Origin: Candidatus Woesearchaeota archaeon
GTDB taxonomy: Archaea > Nanobdellota > Nanobdellia > SCGC-AAA011-G17 > ARS1178
Direction of reading: 5' to 3'
Assembly (NCBI GenBank): GCA_964367025.1
Contig: CAYIWE010000002.1
Coordinates: 1 to 33,076, forward strand
Length of the DNA stretch: 33,076 nucleotides
In this document: one piece after another, positions 1-8,336 of the stretch
Position numbering within the stretch: the first letter of the stretch is position 1
Layout: the number at the start of each line of letters is the position of its first letter
The notes under the pieces: generated by a model
The model's input: the letters and a program-made list of their open reading frames with translations, nothing else
Database searches by the model: none
Told to the model about the DNA's origin: nothing
Program-made: the position numbers and the translations under genes

Positions 1-48
1 TTTGGTTTTGGATAAAGAAATAAGTAAACAAAAAAAATTGATTGAGTT

Positions 49-822
49 TTAACCAATGTATGTTATATCTTTTCTTTTTTTCTGGTTGGAATCTAATTTT
101 GCTAGTTTGTCTAAACCAACTTTTTTGATTTCTTCTTCTATCTCGTCAATTTCTTCATCTAATTTGTTTAATTTAATATTTAGATCAAGAGATTTTTGTA
201 AAACTTTTAATAATTGTCTGGCACCTTTTATTCCCAAATATGTTGGGTGACCGAATGTTTCTGCTAAAAGAGAAATGGCCGGTATTTTTTCTTCTTTTGC
301 TAGTCCTACTAATAAACCTGTGACGCCAATTATAGGACCTATTGTTCCGTATGTATTTGTTTTTAATTGCGGAGAGTATTTTTTGTATTTTTCCATTATT
401 TCTTTTTGATTTGCTGTACAATAAACTTTTGGATTTTGTGGTATTTCCTGCAAACCCATTCCACCAAGAGTTATTATTTCTTTTCCATTATGTTTTTTAA
501 AAATTTCAAGTATTTCTTGGCAAAACTCATAACAGTTTACTTCATCCAATGGTTGAACATCACCGGCTAGAATCATCAATTCTCTGGTTTTTAGTTTTTT
601 ATAATATATTTGAACTAAAGGAAGTTCTACAAGATTTTCTTCATTTACAAAAACTGAGTGTGGAAATGAGTAAGAATAAATTTCATATATTTTTTTTGCA
701 TTTAGTGATTCTACCAAGAAATCTGCTGCTATTTTTCCTACATTTCCAATCCCGGGTAAACCCTCTATTAAAATAGGATTATTTGTTTTTGGAATGTTAA
801 AGTTTTTTATTTTTATTGTCAT
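49..822 (-). CDS. PAC2-family protein (proteasome assembly chaperone-like, archaeal COG1938 type)
   Basis: 257-aa ORF. The N-terminal PILIEGLPGIGNVGKIAADFL segment is characteristic of the PAC2 family. It is the terminal gene of the conserved archaeal L44e-S27e-aIF2alpha-Nop10 string. Confidence 0.7.
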   Translation of the reverse strand: MTIKIKNFNIPKTNNPILIEGLPGIGNVGKIAADFLVESLNAKKIYEIYSYSFPHSVFVNEENLVELPLVQIYYKKLKTRELMILAGDVQPLDEVNCYEFCQEILEIFKKHNGKEIITLGGMGLQEIPQNPKVYCTANQKEIMEKYKKYSPQLKTNTYGTIGPIIGVTGLLVGLAKEEKIPAISLLAETFGHPTYLGIKGARQLLKVLQKSLDLNIKLNKLDEEIDEIEEEIKKVGLDKLAKLDSNQKKRKDITYIG

Positions 823-970
823 TTTTTATTTTTATCCTATATCTACTAAAATTTTCTTTTATAGAAAATTTTGCTGGTTTTGGCGTTACTGTTTTTATCC
901 TGCATTTTGGACATAGTCTTTTTATGGTATAAGTATCACATTTTGGACATTTTAATACTTCTGTTTTCAT
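797..970 (-). CDS. nop10: H/ACA ribonucleoprotein subunit Nop10
   Basis: 57-aa ORF absent from the supplied track (below its size cutoff). My translation is MKTEVLKCPKCDTYTIKRLCPKCRIKTVTPKPAKFSIKENFSRYRIKIKNDNKNKKL. It has the two CPKC zinc-ribbon pairs and the PKP-KFS motif of archaeal Nop10. Its ATG overlaps the aIF2alpha stop (ATGA) and its 3' end overlaps the PAC2 start by 26 nt. Confidence 0.85.
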   Translation of the reverse strand: MKTEVLKCPKCDTYTIKRLCPKCRIKTVTPKPAKFSIKENFSRYRIKIKNDNKNKKL

Positions 971-1752
971 TTTAATATTTCGCCAAAACTATTGTTCTTT
1001 TTCATTGTTTCTGTTACAATCTCTGTTAACTCCTTTAACTCTGTTTCTGCTTCTTTATAGTTTGGCGAGGTTATTGTTATTTCATACATTGGGGCAGTTA
1101 TATAATTTATTGTGATATTATATTTATTTTTTTGTGCTAGAGTTTGTACCTCATTTAATGTTTTTTTTATTATTTCTATTCCGTTTGGTTCATAACTTTG
1201 AAGTTTTATCCTTCGTTTTAAGATTACTTCTGGAAGTTTTATTTTTTCTTTTATTGTTTCCAAAAGTATTTTCTCGGTTTTTTCTGGTAATTTTAGTTCT
1301 TTTATCATTTGATTATTTTGAATAACCTCTTGAAAAAATGTGGCCAGAAGTGTGTATTTTTCTATTATCTTTAACCCAATCTCTTTTTGTATTTTTTCTA
1401 GCGGGGTTTTTGTTTTTTCTGCTAAAATTCCAAGAATTTTCTCTGATTTCTTTTCTTGTTTTACTTCTTCAAGTTTATTCTTCATTACTGACAAAGAAAC
1501 TCTCCTTAATGAGAGATCTAATTGGTTTTTTTCCTTATTAGTTCTTAATACTTTGCAAACAATTGTTTTGTTCTCTTTTACAAAATCTCGTATGTTTCTT
1601 ATTCTACCTGGAGAAATCTCTGAAATGTGGATTATTCCTTCTTTATTCTCGTATTCATCTAAGTTTACAAATACAGAGTGATATAATATTTTTTTTACAG
1701 TACACAGAACTATTTCGCCTTCTTCTGGGAAACCACTCTTTTTATAAAACAT
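967..1752 (-). CDS. eif2a: Translation initiation factor aIF2 alpha subunit
   Basis: 261 aa. The N-terminal S1 domain (PEEGEIVLCTVKKILYHSVFVNLDEY...EGIIHISEISPGRIRNIRDFVKENKTIVCKVLR) is typical of aIF2alpha. The synteny with S27e/L44e/Nop10 is conserved in archaea. Confidence 0.9.
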   Translation of the reverse strand: MFYKKSGFPEEGEIVLCTVKKILYHSVFVNLDEYENKEGIIHISEISPGRIRNIRDFVKENKTIVCKVLRTNKEKNQLDLSLRRVSLSVMKNKLEEVKQEKKSEKILGILAEKTKTPLEKIQKEIGLKIIEKYTLLATFFQEVIQNNQMIKELKLPEKTEKILLETIKEKIKLPEVILKRRIKLQSYEPNGIEIIKKTLNEVQTLAQKNKYNITINYITAPMYEITITSPNYKEAETELKELTEIVTETMKKNNSFGEILK

Positions 1753-1941
1753 TTATTCTAGTACCTCTAAGATTCTTGCTTTTACTTTTCCTTTGCCACC
1801 AGTTGGTTCACTTAGAGTTTTGTTACACACCAAACATTTAACTTTTGAAGATGCTTTTCCAAATATTATCTGTTCATTTTTACATTTAGGACATCTTATT
1901 TTTATGAATTTGCTTGTTGGCTCTTTTATTAATTCTCTCAT
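1753..1941 (-). CDS. rps27e: 30S ribosomal protein S27e
   Basis: 62 aa with a CPKC...CLVC zinc ribbon (FIKIRCPKCKNEQIIFGKASSKVKCLVCNKTL). It abuts the aIF2alpha start. Confidence 0.9.
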   Translation of the reverse strand: MRELIKEPTSKFIKIRCPKCKNEQIIFGKASSKVKCLVCNKTLSEPTGGKGKVKARILEVLE

Positions 1942-1943
1942 TT

Positions 1944-2255
1944 TTATTTGAACTCAGTTCTCTTAGCTCTTACTCCTTTTTTTTGCATTGAAGTTTTGTT
2001 ACACTCACTACATTTAAATCTTAAATCTGGTTTTTTGGATACTTTAGCACCAGTTCTTTTCCATTTAGATATTGGTGGTTTTGAACCGTATTTACCTTTA
2101 TTTCCTGAACCAACACCCAAACCCCGTTTTTTAGCTCTATTTATAGATCCCTTTTTCAATGCACTTCTTTTCTTTGTTTTTGCTAAACTTACTGAGTGTT
2201 TTGTGTGTTTTTTGCAGTGTTTACAATAACGTGAAGTGATTTTTGGGATTTTCAT
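1944..2255 (-). CDS. rpl44e: 50S ribosomal protein L44e
   Basis: 103 aa, very basic, with CKHCKKHTKH...CSEC zinc-ribbon cysteines (RYCKHCKKHTKHSV...FKCSECNK), typical of L44e. Confidence 0.9.
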   Translation of the reverse strand: MKIPKITSRYCKHCKKHTKHSVSLAKTKKRSALKKGSINRAKKRGLGVGSGNKGKYGSKPPISKWKRTGAKVSKKPDLRFKCSECNKTSMQKKGVRAKRTEFK

Positions 2256-2863
2256 AGTTCTGATTTAATTTCCTCTGCTCGTTTTTTTTCTATTAAAGTT
2301 TTTGCGATGTCTTTTGGAAGATTTGCTAAGTCCTCCCTTTCAAAAGGACCGTAAACATTTAAATCTGTTCCGATGAATTTAGGAATTTCAGTTAGGAATC
2401 TTATCAGTTTTAGGTTGTTATTGTCTTCTGTTTTTATTTCTTTCGGTTCTTCCTTTTGTTTTGGTTGTTTTTTTGATAAAACTCTTAAAAGTATATTCCC
2501 TCTATATTCTGTTAATAATGTAGTCAATTCTTTATAGAATTGTTCTTCTTCAGGCAATAGATTCATTTCTTTATTCTTTATTTCTGTTCGTGAAGATGAT
2601 AAGGCTTGGTCAATTATCTTTTTCTCTCTTTTTTCATATAATTCCTTTAGAAGTTTTTTTACGTTTTCTATTTGTTTTCTTGTTTTTTCTATCTCTAAAG
2701 TAAAAATTGTATCTTTTTCTTGGTTTTTCAAAATAACTTCTTTTTCTTTAAGATAGTTTATCGTTTCTTTAAAGAAGGATTGTGGAATTGGCTGTAAGTC
2801 AATTGAGAACTTTTCTTTTCTCAATAAGTCGTATAAAGTATCATATGTAATTATATTTGTCAT
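2252..2863 (-). CDS. Putative GINS subunit (Gins51/Sld5-like)
   Basis: 203 aa, helical and Lys/Glu-rich. The N-terminus ITYDTLYDLLRKEKFSIDLQPIPQSFFKETINYLKEKE resembles the N-termini of archaeal GINS family proteins. Its stop overlaps the L44e start by 4 nt. The assignment rests on remembered family features only. Confidence 0.5.
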   Translation of the reverse strand: MTNIITYDTLYDLLRKEKFSIDLQPIPQSFFKETINYLKEKEVILKNQEKDTIFTLEIEKTRKQIENVKKLLKELYEKREKKIIDQALSSSRTEIKNKEMNLLPEEEQFYKELTTLLTEYRGNILLRVLSKKQPKQKEEPKEIKTEDNNNLKLIRFLTEIPKFIGTDLNVYGPFEREDLANLPKDIAKTLIEKKRAEEIKSEL

Positions 2864-2898
2864 TCTTTTTAGAAGGTTTTGTATTCTTATATAATTTT

Positions 2899-3972
2899 TT
2901 ATAGTGCAGATATTGTTTTGAGTAACTCTTTTCCTTGTATAGTTTTTAGAGAACCATATTTACATGATTTTTCTGATAGTTTTTGAATGTTGTCTCTGTT
3001 TTTGTTATTATAAATTAGAAGTGGTACTGGGTGTTTTGAGTGACGCTTTAGTTTACATGGGGTAGAATGATCAGATGTAATACAAATAATAGTATTTTTT
3101 ATGTTTTTTAATGGTTTTAATTGTTTATCAATTTGTTCTATTATCTCTATTTTTCCTTTTAAGTCTCCTTTATGGCTGTAGGTGTCTGGACCTTTTATTT
3201 GTACATAAACATTTGTATTTGTTTTTATTGCTTGTTTTATTTCATTTTTTCTTTTTATTATTTTCATATCTAAAAGTTTTGCTAGTCCTAGTTCTACTGG
3301 CATTGATGCTATCATTGACCAGTTTTTTAATGGTTTTATTTTTTTAGGTTTTGTTCCTGCTCCTCTTATTAGGATTGTTTTATCTTTTAGGATTTCTTCT
3401 GTTTGTTTTATGAAACTGTTGATTTTATCTGCTGTTTGTTTGTGGCCTTTACAGGTTTTCTTTTTTAGAATTGGTGTTATTGCCATTGAAATATTTTTGT
3501 AATCTTTATAACCTGGGTGGGTATTTGTAATTGGTAATTTTGCGTTGTTTACTATCATAACTGCTCTGTAATCTATTGTTGGAATTATTTTAATATCTTT
3601 GTTAATTTGATTTAGTTTTTTTATTATATCTTTTGATGGTGTTTTTTCTCTTAGGTTTGTTAGTTTGTTGTTTTTTATTTTTGCGAAATTACAACGTAAA
3701 GCTATTTGATTTTGTTTTAAATGAATGTTTTTTGAGAGAGCTTCTAGTGGACCTCTTCCAGGATAATCTTTTAAACTTTGGCCTAAGATAGAGAATTGTG
3801 CTTCTCCTGATTCAGGCGCAATATCTCTTATTGGCTGTAATAATCCAGTTTTGCTATTTTTTGCTAAGAAATCTAAATTTGGTGTTTTTGCGTATTCTAA
3901 TGGTGTTTTATTGTTTAGTTGTTTATATGGGATGTCACCTAGGCCGTCTAGGATTATCAAGATTATTTTCAT
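2899..3972 (-). CDS. apgM: Cofactor-independent phosphoglycerate mutase, archaeal type (ApgM, alkaline phosphatase superfamily)
   Basis: 357 aa. It has N-terminal MKIILIILDGLGD, an internal LIRGAG, and the C-terminal ITSDHSTP metal-binding motif characteristic of ApgM. Confidence 0.8.
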   Translation of the reverse strand: MKIILIILDGLGDIPYKQLNNKTPLEYAKTPNLDFLAKNSKTGLLQPIRDIAPESGEAQFSILGQSLKDYPGRGPLEALSKNIHLKQNQIALRCNFAKIKNNKLTNLREKTPSKDIIKKLNQINKDIKIIPTIDYRAVMIVNNAKLPITNTHPGYKDYKNISMAITPILKKKTCKGHKQTADKINSFIKQTEEILKDKTILIRGAGTKPKKIKPLKNWSMIASMPVELGLAKLLDMKIIKRKNEIKQAIKTNTNVYVQIKGPDTYSHKGDLKGKIEIIEQIDKQLKPLKNIKNTIICITSDHSTPCKLKRHSKHPVPLLIYNNKNRDNIQKLSEKSCKYGSLKTIQGKELLKTISAL

Positions 3973-4191
3973 TGGTTAATGTAAGATTTTTTGTGTTTAT
4001 AAATGTTTTTCTAGTATTTTTACATACAATGTATGTTTTGTTCTATAGAAATATTTAAATATTTATTGTGTTTTACTAAAATACATACATTGTGTGAATA
4101 TATGGGTAACCCATTATTAACCCATAAAAAAATTTAAAATGAGTGTCACTGAACCTTTCTTAGAAAGAAATGTTCACGAAAGAAAATAAAG

Positions 4192-4398
4192 ATGAGTGTT
4201 CCTGGGAAAAAAGAGGTTTTGGTAGATGTATTAGTGCCGTGTTCTGTTTTTAAAGATAGAAGAATGAGCCCCCTTGAGGCTTTAGTGAAGTATTTGAAAG
4301 AGAATGAAAAATTGAGTTTTAAGCAGATTTCCGTTTTGTTGAATAGAGACGAGAGAAACATATGGACTGTTTATAATAGAGGAAAGAAGAAGGTTTAA
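4192..4398 (+). CDS. Small helix-turn-helix DNA-binding protein (sigma-70 region 4 / LuxR-like HTH)
   Basis: 68 aa. The segment LSFKQISVLLNRDERNIWTVYNRGKKK looks like a classical HTH with a basic tail. It lies in a divergent intergenic region containing repeated palindromic sites. Confidence 0.4.
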   Translation: MSVPGKKEVLVDVLVPCSVFKDRRMSPLEALVKYLKENEKLSFKQISVLLNRDERNIWTVYNRGKKKV

Positions 4399-4447
4399 AT
4401 ATAAGTAAGATTAATCTTACTATATAAAAATTGAAGGAGTTAGGAAA

Positions 4448-4717
4448 ATGGAAAATATCGCAATAACAAGAGTTAGTTCTAAGGGACAAATTGTAATTCC
4501 TCAAGAGATGAGAGGTGACCTTAAAGAAGGTGATGAGTTAGTTATTTTGAAAAATGAAGATCAAATAATTTTAAAAAAAGTTGATAAATTTAGCAAAAGT
4601 CTTGAAGAAGATTTAAAGTTTGCAAAGAAAACAGAGGAAGCGTGGAAGAGGTATGAAAAAGGCGAATTTAAGGAAATAGATTTTGATGATTTTATTAAAG
4701 AAATGAAAAAGTGGTAA
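4448..4717 (+). CDS. AbrB/SpoVT-family antitoxin
   Basis: 89 aa. The N-terminal ITRVSSKGQIVIPQEMRGDLKEGDELVI matches the swapped-hairpin AbrB/MazE/SpoVT DNA-binding motif. A GGAG Shine-Dalgarno sequence sits upstream, and the gene overlaps the downstream toxin gene. Confidence 0.75.
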   Translation: MENIAITRVSSKGQIVIPQEMRGDLKEGDELVILKNEDQIILKKVDKFSKSLEEDLKFAKKTEEAWKRYEKGEFKEIDFDDFIKEMKKW

Positions 4718-4959
4718 TCATTTGTTATGATGAACATTTTCAAAAGACATTTTCAAAAATTAAAGATAATAATTTAAAAGAAAAAATAATAAAACAAATT
4801 CAAAAATTAAAGGAAAATCCTGAGATTGGAAAGCCAATGAGATATAGTAGAAAAGGTACAAGGGAACTTTATGTATCGCCGTTTAGACTTTCATATGCTT
4901 ATATAAAAAATGAAGACAAAATTGTTCTTTTGGATTTGTATCACAAGGATGAACAATAA
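4711..4959 (+). CDS. RelE/ParE-superfamily toxin (mRNA interferase)
   Basis: 82 aa. A GTG start overlaps the antitoxin stop by 7 nt. The layout FQKTFSKIKDN...IIKQIQKLKENPEIGKPMRYSRKGTRELYVSPFRLSYAYIKNEDKIVLLDLYHKDE matches RelE/YoeB-like toxins. Confidence 0.75.
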   Translation: MVIICYDEHFQKTFSKIKDNNLKEKIIKQIQKLKENPEIGKPMRYSRKGTRELYVSPFRLSYAYIKNEDKIVLLDLYHKDEQ

Positions 4960-5028
4960 TTAATTTTTGGAGGAAGATTTAAATATAAGTTGTTACTATT
5001 TAATGAGTAATATTTTGGAGGTAAGAAA

Positions 5029-5472
5029 ATGAAAGGAGATTTTTATGAAGACAAAATAAAACAAGGAGTATTGGAAGAATTGGATGCAAAATATAAACAA
5101 AAGATTGATGGGTTGTACGAAGTAATTAAGGATTTGAAATCAAAATATATACCTGGTGCTTTGATAGTTACTGGGTTAGTGGCTTCTTTAGTTGGTGGTA
5201 GTGTAGGTTATGTTTTACATAATAGATTAAACAAAGAAATAAGAGATTTGGATACAAAAGTTAGTTTAGTCTATCTTCAATCTACTATGCCAGATAACCC
5301 AATTTTACCTGATGATATGACTAAAAGTATGACCAGTGATAGCTCAATCGTACCAAATTCCGATAAGAGTGTAAGTGATGAAGTTATGGATTTTAATGGA
5401 AAGATGCTTATTCAACCAGTATCTGTTCCAGGAAGCAGTAAACAACTTGAATCGTCTTTTGAAGGGTATTGA
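5029..5472 (+). CDS. Hypothetical single-pass membrane protein, paralog A
   Basis: 147 aa with a GGAGG Shine-Dalgarno sequence, an N-terminal coiled segment and one TM helix (GALIVTGLVASLVGGSVGYVL). The C-terminal PDNPILPDD...NGKMLIQPVSVPGSSKQLESSFEGY is shared with the next gene. Confidence 0.6.
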   Translation: MKGDFYEDKIKQGVLEELDAKYKQKIDGLYEVIKDLKSKYIPGALIVTGLVASLVGGSVGYVLHNRLNKEIRDLDTKVSLVYLQSTMPDNPILPDDMTKSMTSDSSIVPNSDKSVSDEVMDFNGKMLIQPVSVPGSSKQLESSFEGY

Positions 5473-5528
5473 AAAAATTACTAAATATTAAGTAAGTATG
5501 CTGTAAATGATATATTTGGAGGTTTAAA

Positions 5529-6020
5529 ATGGAAGGAAGTTTTTATAGACAAGTAGAAGATGAGGTTATGAGAAAAGTAGATGAAAGGTTAAGTGATGAA
5601 GCTGATAGATTTAATAAAACAATCAGCAATTTAAGAACAAGAACCCTTGGTTATGTAATAACTGCAGGTTTAGTTGCTTCTTTGATTGGTATTGGTAGTG
5701 GGATACTTAACCATAGAAAAATCTCAGAATTAGAAGGAAAAATTGATGAAAATAAATATACCACAAATAATGAGATGTTAGATTCAGTAACTATCAAAGA
5801 GATTGATGGTAAAACTTATCCAGGGATAGGATTATTACCAGATAACCCAATTTTACCTAATGATATAACTGAAAGTACGACTAGTGATAATTCAATTTCA
5901 AGTCCGAGTAAGGGTTTGAATAATGAGGTTATGGAAGATTCTAATGGAAAGATGCTTATTCAACCAATACCCGTTCCTGGAAGTACGAAACAATTAGAAT
6001 CGTCTCTAGAAGAGTATTGA
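5529..6020 (+). CDS. Hypothetical single-pass membrane protein, paralog B
   Basis: 163 aa with the same architecture as 5029-5472: TM helix YVITAGLVASLIGIGSGIL and C-terminal PDNPILPND...NGKMLIQPIPVPGSTKQLESSLEEY. Confidence 0.6.
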   Translation: MEGSFYRQVEDEVMRKVDERLSDEADRFNKTISNLRTRTLGYVITAGLVASLIGIGSGILNHRKISELEGKIDENKYTTNNEMLDSVTIKEIDGKTYPGIGLLPDNPILPNDITESTTSDNSISSPSKGLNNEVMEDSNGKMLIQPIPVPGSTKQLESSLEEY

Positions 6021-6039
6021 GGGGATTGAGTTGAATAAT

Positions 6040-6104
6040 GTTTGATAAACTGTTATAGTGATTATCAAACCTTAAAATCTTTAAAAATCACTTTTTTATT
6101 TTAT
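6040..6104 (+). terminator. Hairpin plus oligo-T tract downstream of the paralog pair
   Basis: A perfect 9-bp inverted repeat (gtttgataa at 6040-6048, ttatcaaac at 6062-6070) is followed by a T6 run at 6092-6097. Archaeal termination typically uses oligo-T. Confidence 0.35.
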
Positions 6105-6217
6105 TATTCACTTTTTCTTATTGAACTTAATAATACAAATTTACCAAAACATTTATTATTTAAGTTGATATTTGAAAGGTAAATGCTTTTATTTTTTAGA
6201 AGAGAGGGTGAGATTTA

Positions 6218-8287
6218 GTGAAGAAAGTGTTTTTATTACTTGTTATTATTTCTTTTTTATTTATTTTACAGTTTGTTAGCGCCAATGAAATTATTTATAA
6301 TTATTCTGGTTTAGAGTACCCAAGCAGTATACATAATGCTAGTACTGGTTATCATAGTGCTTTTCCTTTAACTGATATGAGTCCTACATTTAAAAAAGAA
6401 TTTAATGACTCCACTTTAGTTATTCCTGGAAGTAATTATACCCAAGTTGAATTAGCAGATAATACTGATGCTTCTGCAGCTGCAAATGTTTCTAATAACT
6501 ATGCTTTACATTTATTTGAATTTATTATTAACGAATCTAGTGCTTCTATTACTGGAATAAATATCAGTTGGAGGGGTTATGGGTATGCTGTTGATAATTT
6601 ATTAGTTGAACATTATGGAGCACATTTATTCATTTGGAATAGTACGACTTCAACATGGGATTTTATCAATAGCCATGTAACTGGTCCAAATACAGATATA
6701 AATATGTCTTTTAATAGTTCTGAATATACCCTTGGTGATTATTTAGATGGAAGCAATCATTTATATATACTTGCTCAAACTAATGAAACTAGCACTTTTC
6801 AACAAATTCCAACTGTTTTCTCTTTTTTATATACAGACTATGTGGAAGTTTTAGTTGATTATAATGCTGTTACAAACCCACCAGTTATGACAGCACCTAC
6901 AATAATTCCAGAGATAGCTTATGAAAATGACACTCTAAATTGTAGCACCACTATAACAGATTCTGAAGGGGACACAATTAATGTTGAATTTTATTGGTAT
7001 AATGACACTACAGAGTATACTAGTATAAATTATACTGCTCTTGCCTCTGGTACAATTGCATCAGCTGTTATGATAGATACTTCTCCAGCAAAATTGGAAA
7101 TCTGGAATTGTACTGTTCAGATTGATGATGGAACAACGTATGGTAATAATAAAAGCATTATAATAAACATAAGCGATGCTGCTCCTGCTTTAAATGAAAC
7201 AATACCAACAACAGACTCAACAATTGCAGAAGCAGATAACCAAACCTTTGAAATAAATACAACAGATATTGATGATGACTTAGTTTATTTTACTTGGTAT
7301 ATTGATAGTGTTTGGAATAAAAGTGATGGTATTCTCAATTATTCTGAGCTTAATTTTACAAGTGGTTATAGAGATGCTGGAACCTATAATGTTAGTGTAA
7401 ATTTAAGTGATAGTGTTAATGAAGTTTGGTGGAACTGGACCTTGACTATTACAGATAATGCTTTTTGTGTAAATAATGTTTGTGAGGGCACAGAAAATTG
7501 CATTACCTGTCCTGAGGATTGTGGCGGTTGTTCTGGTTGGGGAAGCGGTAGTGTGACTAGAGCATCTATTCCTGAGGAAAAAGTGGAGAAAAAAGAAGCC
7601 AAAGAAGTGAAAGAAGAAAAGAAAGCAGAGAAAAAAGAAGAAATGGTTGCACCTTTTTCAAGCCCACTAGAAGAATTGAGTGAAGAAGAGAGAAGAGAGG
7701 ATAGTTTTTTTAATGAAATTGGTTTGGATAGAGAGGAAAAAATACTTCTGAGTTCTATTCCTGGTTATTTGATATTGGAAAAGTATGAAAAAAAGGATGT
7801 AAAAATTGAAGATGTTTTAAAACCTTACAGGATTGAAACAACTTTTACATCCTTAACTGAATCTACAGATACTTCTGAATCTACAGGAAAAAGTATTTCT
7901 AATATGGAAAGTGAAAAATCTGTTTTAATTGGAATGGTGGTTTATGCAGATGTTGGTGCTGGTGATGAATTTAGAGCTAAACCTAGATTGGATTTTTATT
8001 TTGGAGATAGTCAAACAATGCCGTTTTGGTGTTCTAATAATAAAAAAGACTATGATGAAAAAGGAGTAGATTGCGGTGGAAGCTGTCAGGAATGTGGGGT
8101 AATTGGGGGGTTTTGTGGAGATAATATTTGTAGTGGCAATGAAAGGAATTACTGCATTAAGGATTGCAAGAAAAGAAATATAGATTATTACAATGTTTTA
8201 CCAATTTCACTAATATTTTTGCTTTATCTATATTTTAAGAGCAGTGAATATGAAAGAAAACACTTTCATCATGAGCATAAAAGATAA
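6218..8287 (+). CDS. Secreted, heavily N-glycosylatable surface protein with Cys-rich modules and a C-terminal TM anchor
   Basis: 689 aa with a GTG start preceded by GAGGGTGA. It has a signal peptide (LLLVIISFLFILQFVSA/NE) and about 27 N-x-S/T sequons in the first ~410 aa by my count. Further elements are Cys-knot-like segments (CVNNVCEGTENCITCPEDCGGC; CGGSCQECGVIGGFCGDNICSGNERNYCIKDC), a Lys/Glu low-complexity linker and a C-terminal hydrophobic segment (VLPISLIFLLYLYF). Confidence 0.65.
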   Translation: MKKVFLLLVIISFLFILQFVSANEIIYNYSGLEYPSSIHNASTGYHSAFPLTDMSPTFKKEFNDSTLVIPGSNYTQVELADNTDASAAANVSNNYALHLFEFIINESSASITGINISWRGYGYAVDNLLVEHYGAHLFIWNSTTSTWDFINSHVTGPNTDINMSFNSSEYTLGDYLDGSNHLYILAQTNETSTFQQIPTVFSFLYTDYVEVLVDYNAVTNPPVMTAPTIIPEIAYENDTLNCSTTITDSEGDTINVEFYWYNDTTEYTSINYTALASGTIASAVMIDTSPAKLEIWNCTVQIDDGTTYGNNKSIIINISDAAPALNETIPTTDSTIAEADNQTFEINTTDIDDDLVYFTWYIDSVWNKSDGILNYSELNFTSGYRDAGTYNVSVNLSDSVNEVWWNWTLTITDNAFCVNNVCEGTENCITCPEDCGGCSGWGSGSVTRASIPEEKVEKKEAKEVKEEKKAEKKEEMVAPFSSPLEELSEEERREDSFFNEIGLDREEKILLSSIPGYLILEKYEKKDVKIEDVLKPYRIETTFTSLTESTDTSESTGKSISNMESEKSVLIGMVVYADVGAGDEFRAKPRLDFYFGDSQTMPFWCSNNKKDYDEKGVDCGGSCQECGVIGGFCGDNICSGNERNYCIKDCKKRNIDYYNVLPISLIFLLYLYFKSSEYERKHFHHEHKR

Positions 8288-8336
8288 CTCTTTCTTTACA
8301 AAAGTTATATAAATTGAAAAATATAAATAATTTGTA

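Noticed and set aside
56-1841. Plus-strand track ORFs (56-250, 367-570, 549-776, 1134-1325, 1338-1541, 1340-1681, 1563-1841) and the minus-strand ORF 185-421
   Set aside because: All lie antisense to, or out of frame within, the well-supported PAC2 and aIF2alpha genes. Their translations are Phe/Leu/Ser-rich low-complexity strings, as expected from the complement of Lys/Glu-rich AT-rich coding sequence.
4139-4189. 16-codon ORF upstream of the HTH gene as a real gene
   Set aside because: It is too short and has no support beyond sharing ATGAGTGT with the downstream start. I report it only as a curiosity within the intergenic finding.
4146-4504. Minus-strand ORFs 4146-4361 and 4319-4504
   Set aside because: They overlap the plus-strand HTH gene and the promoter and start of the antitoxin gene. 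They have low-complexity composition and no start context.
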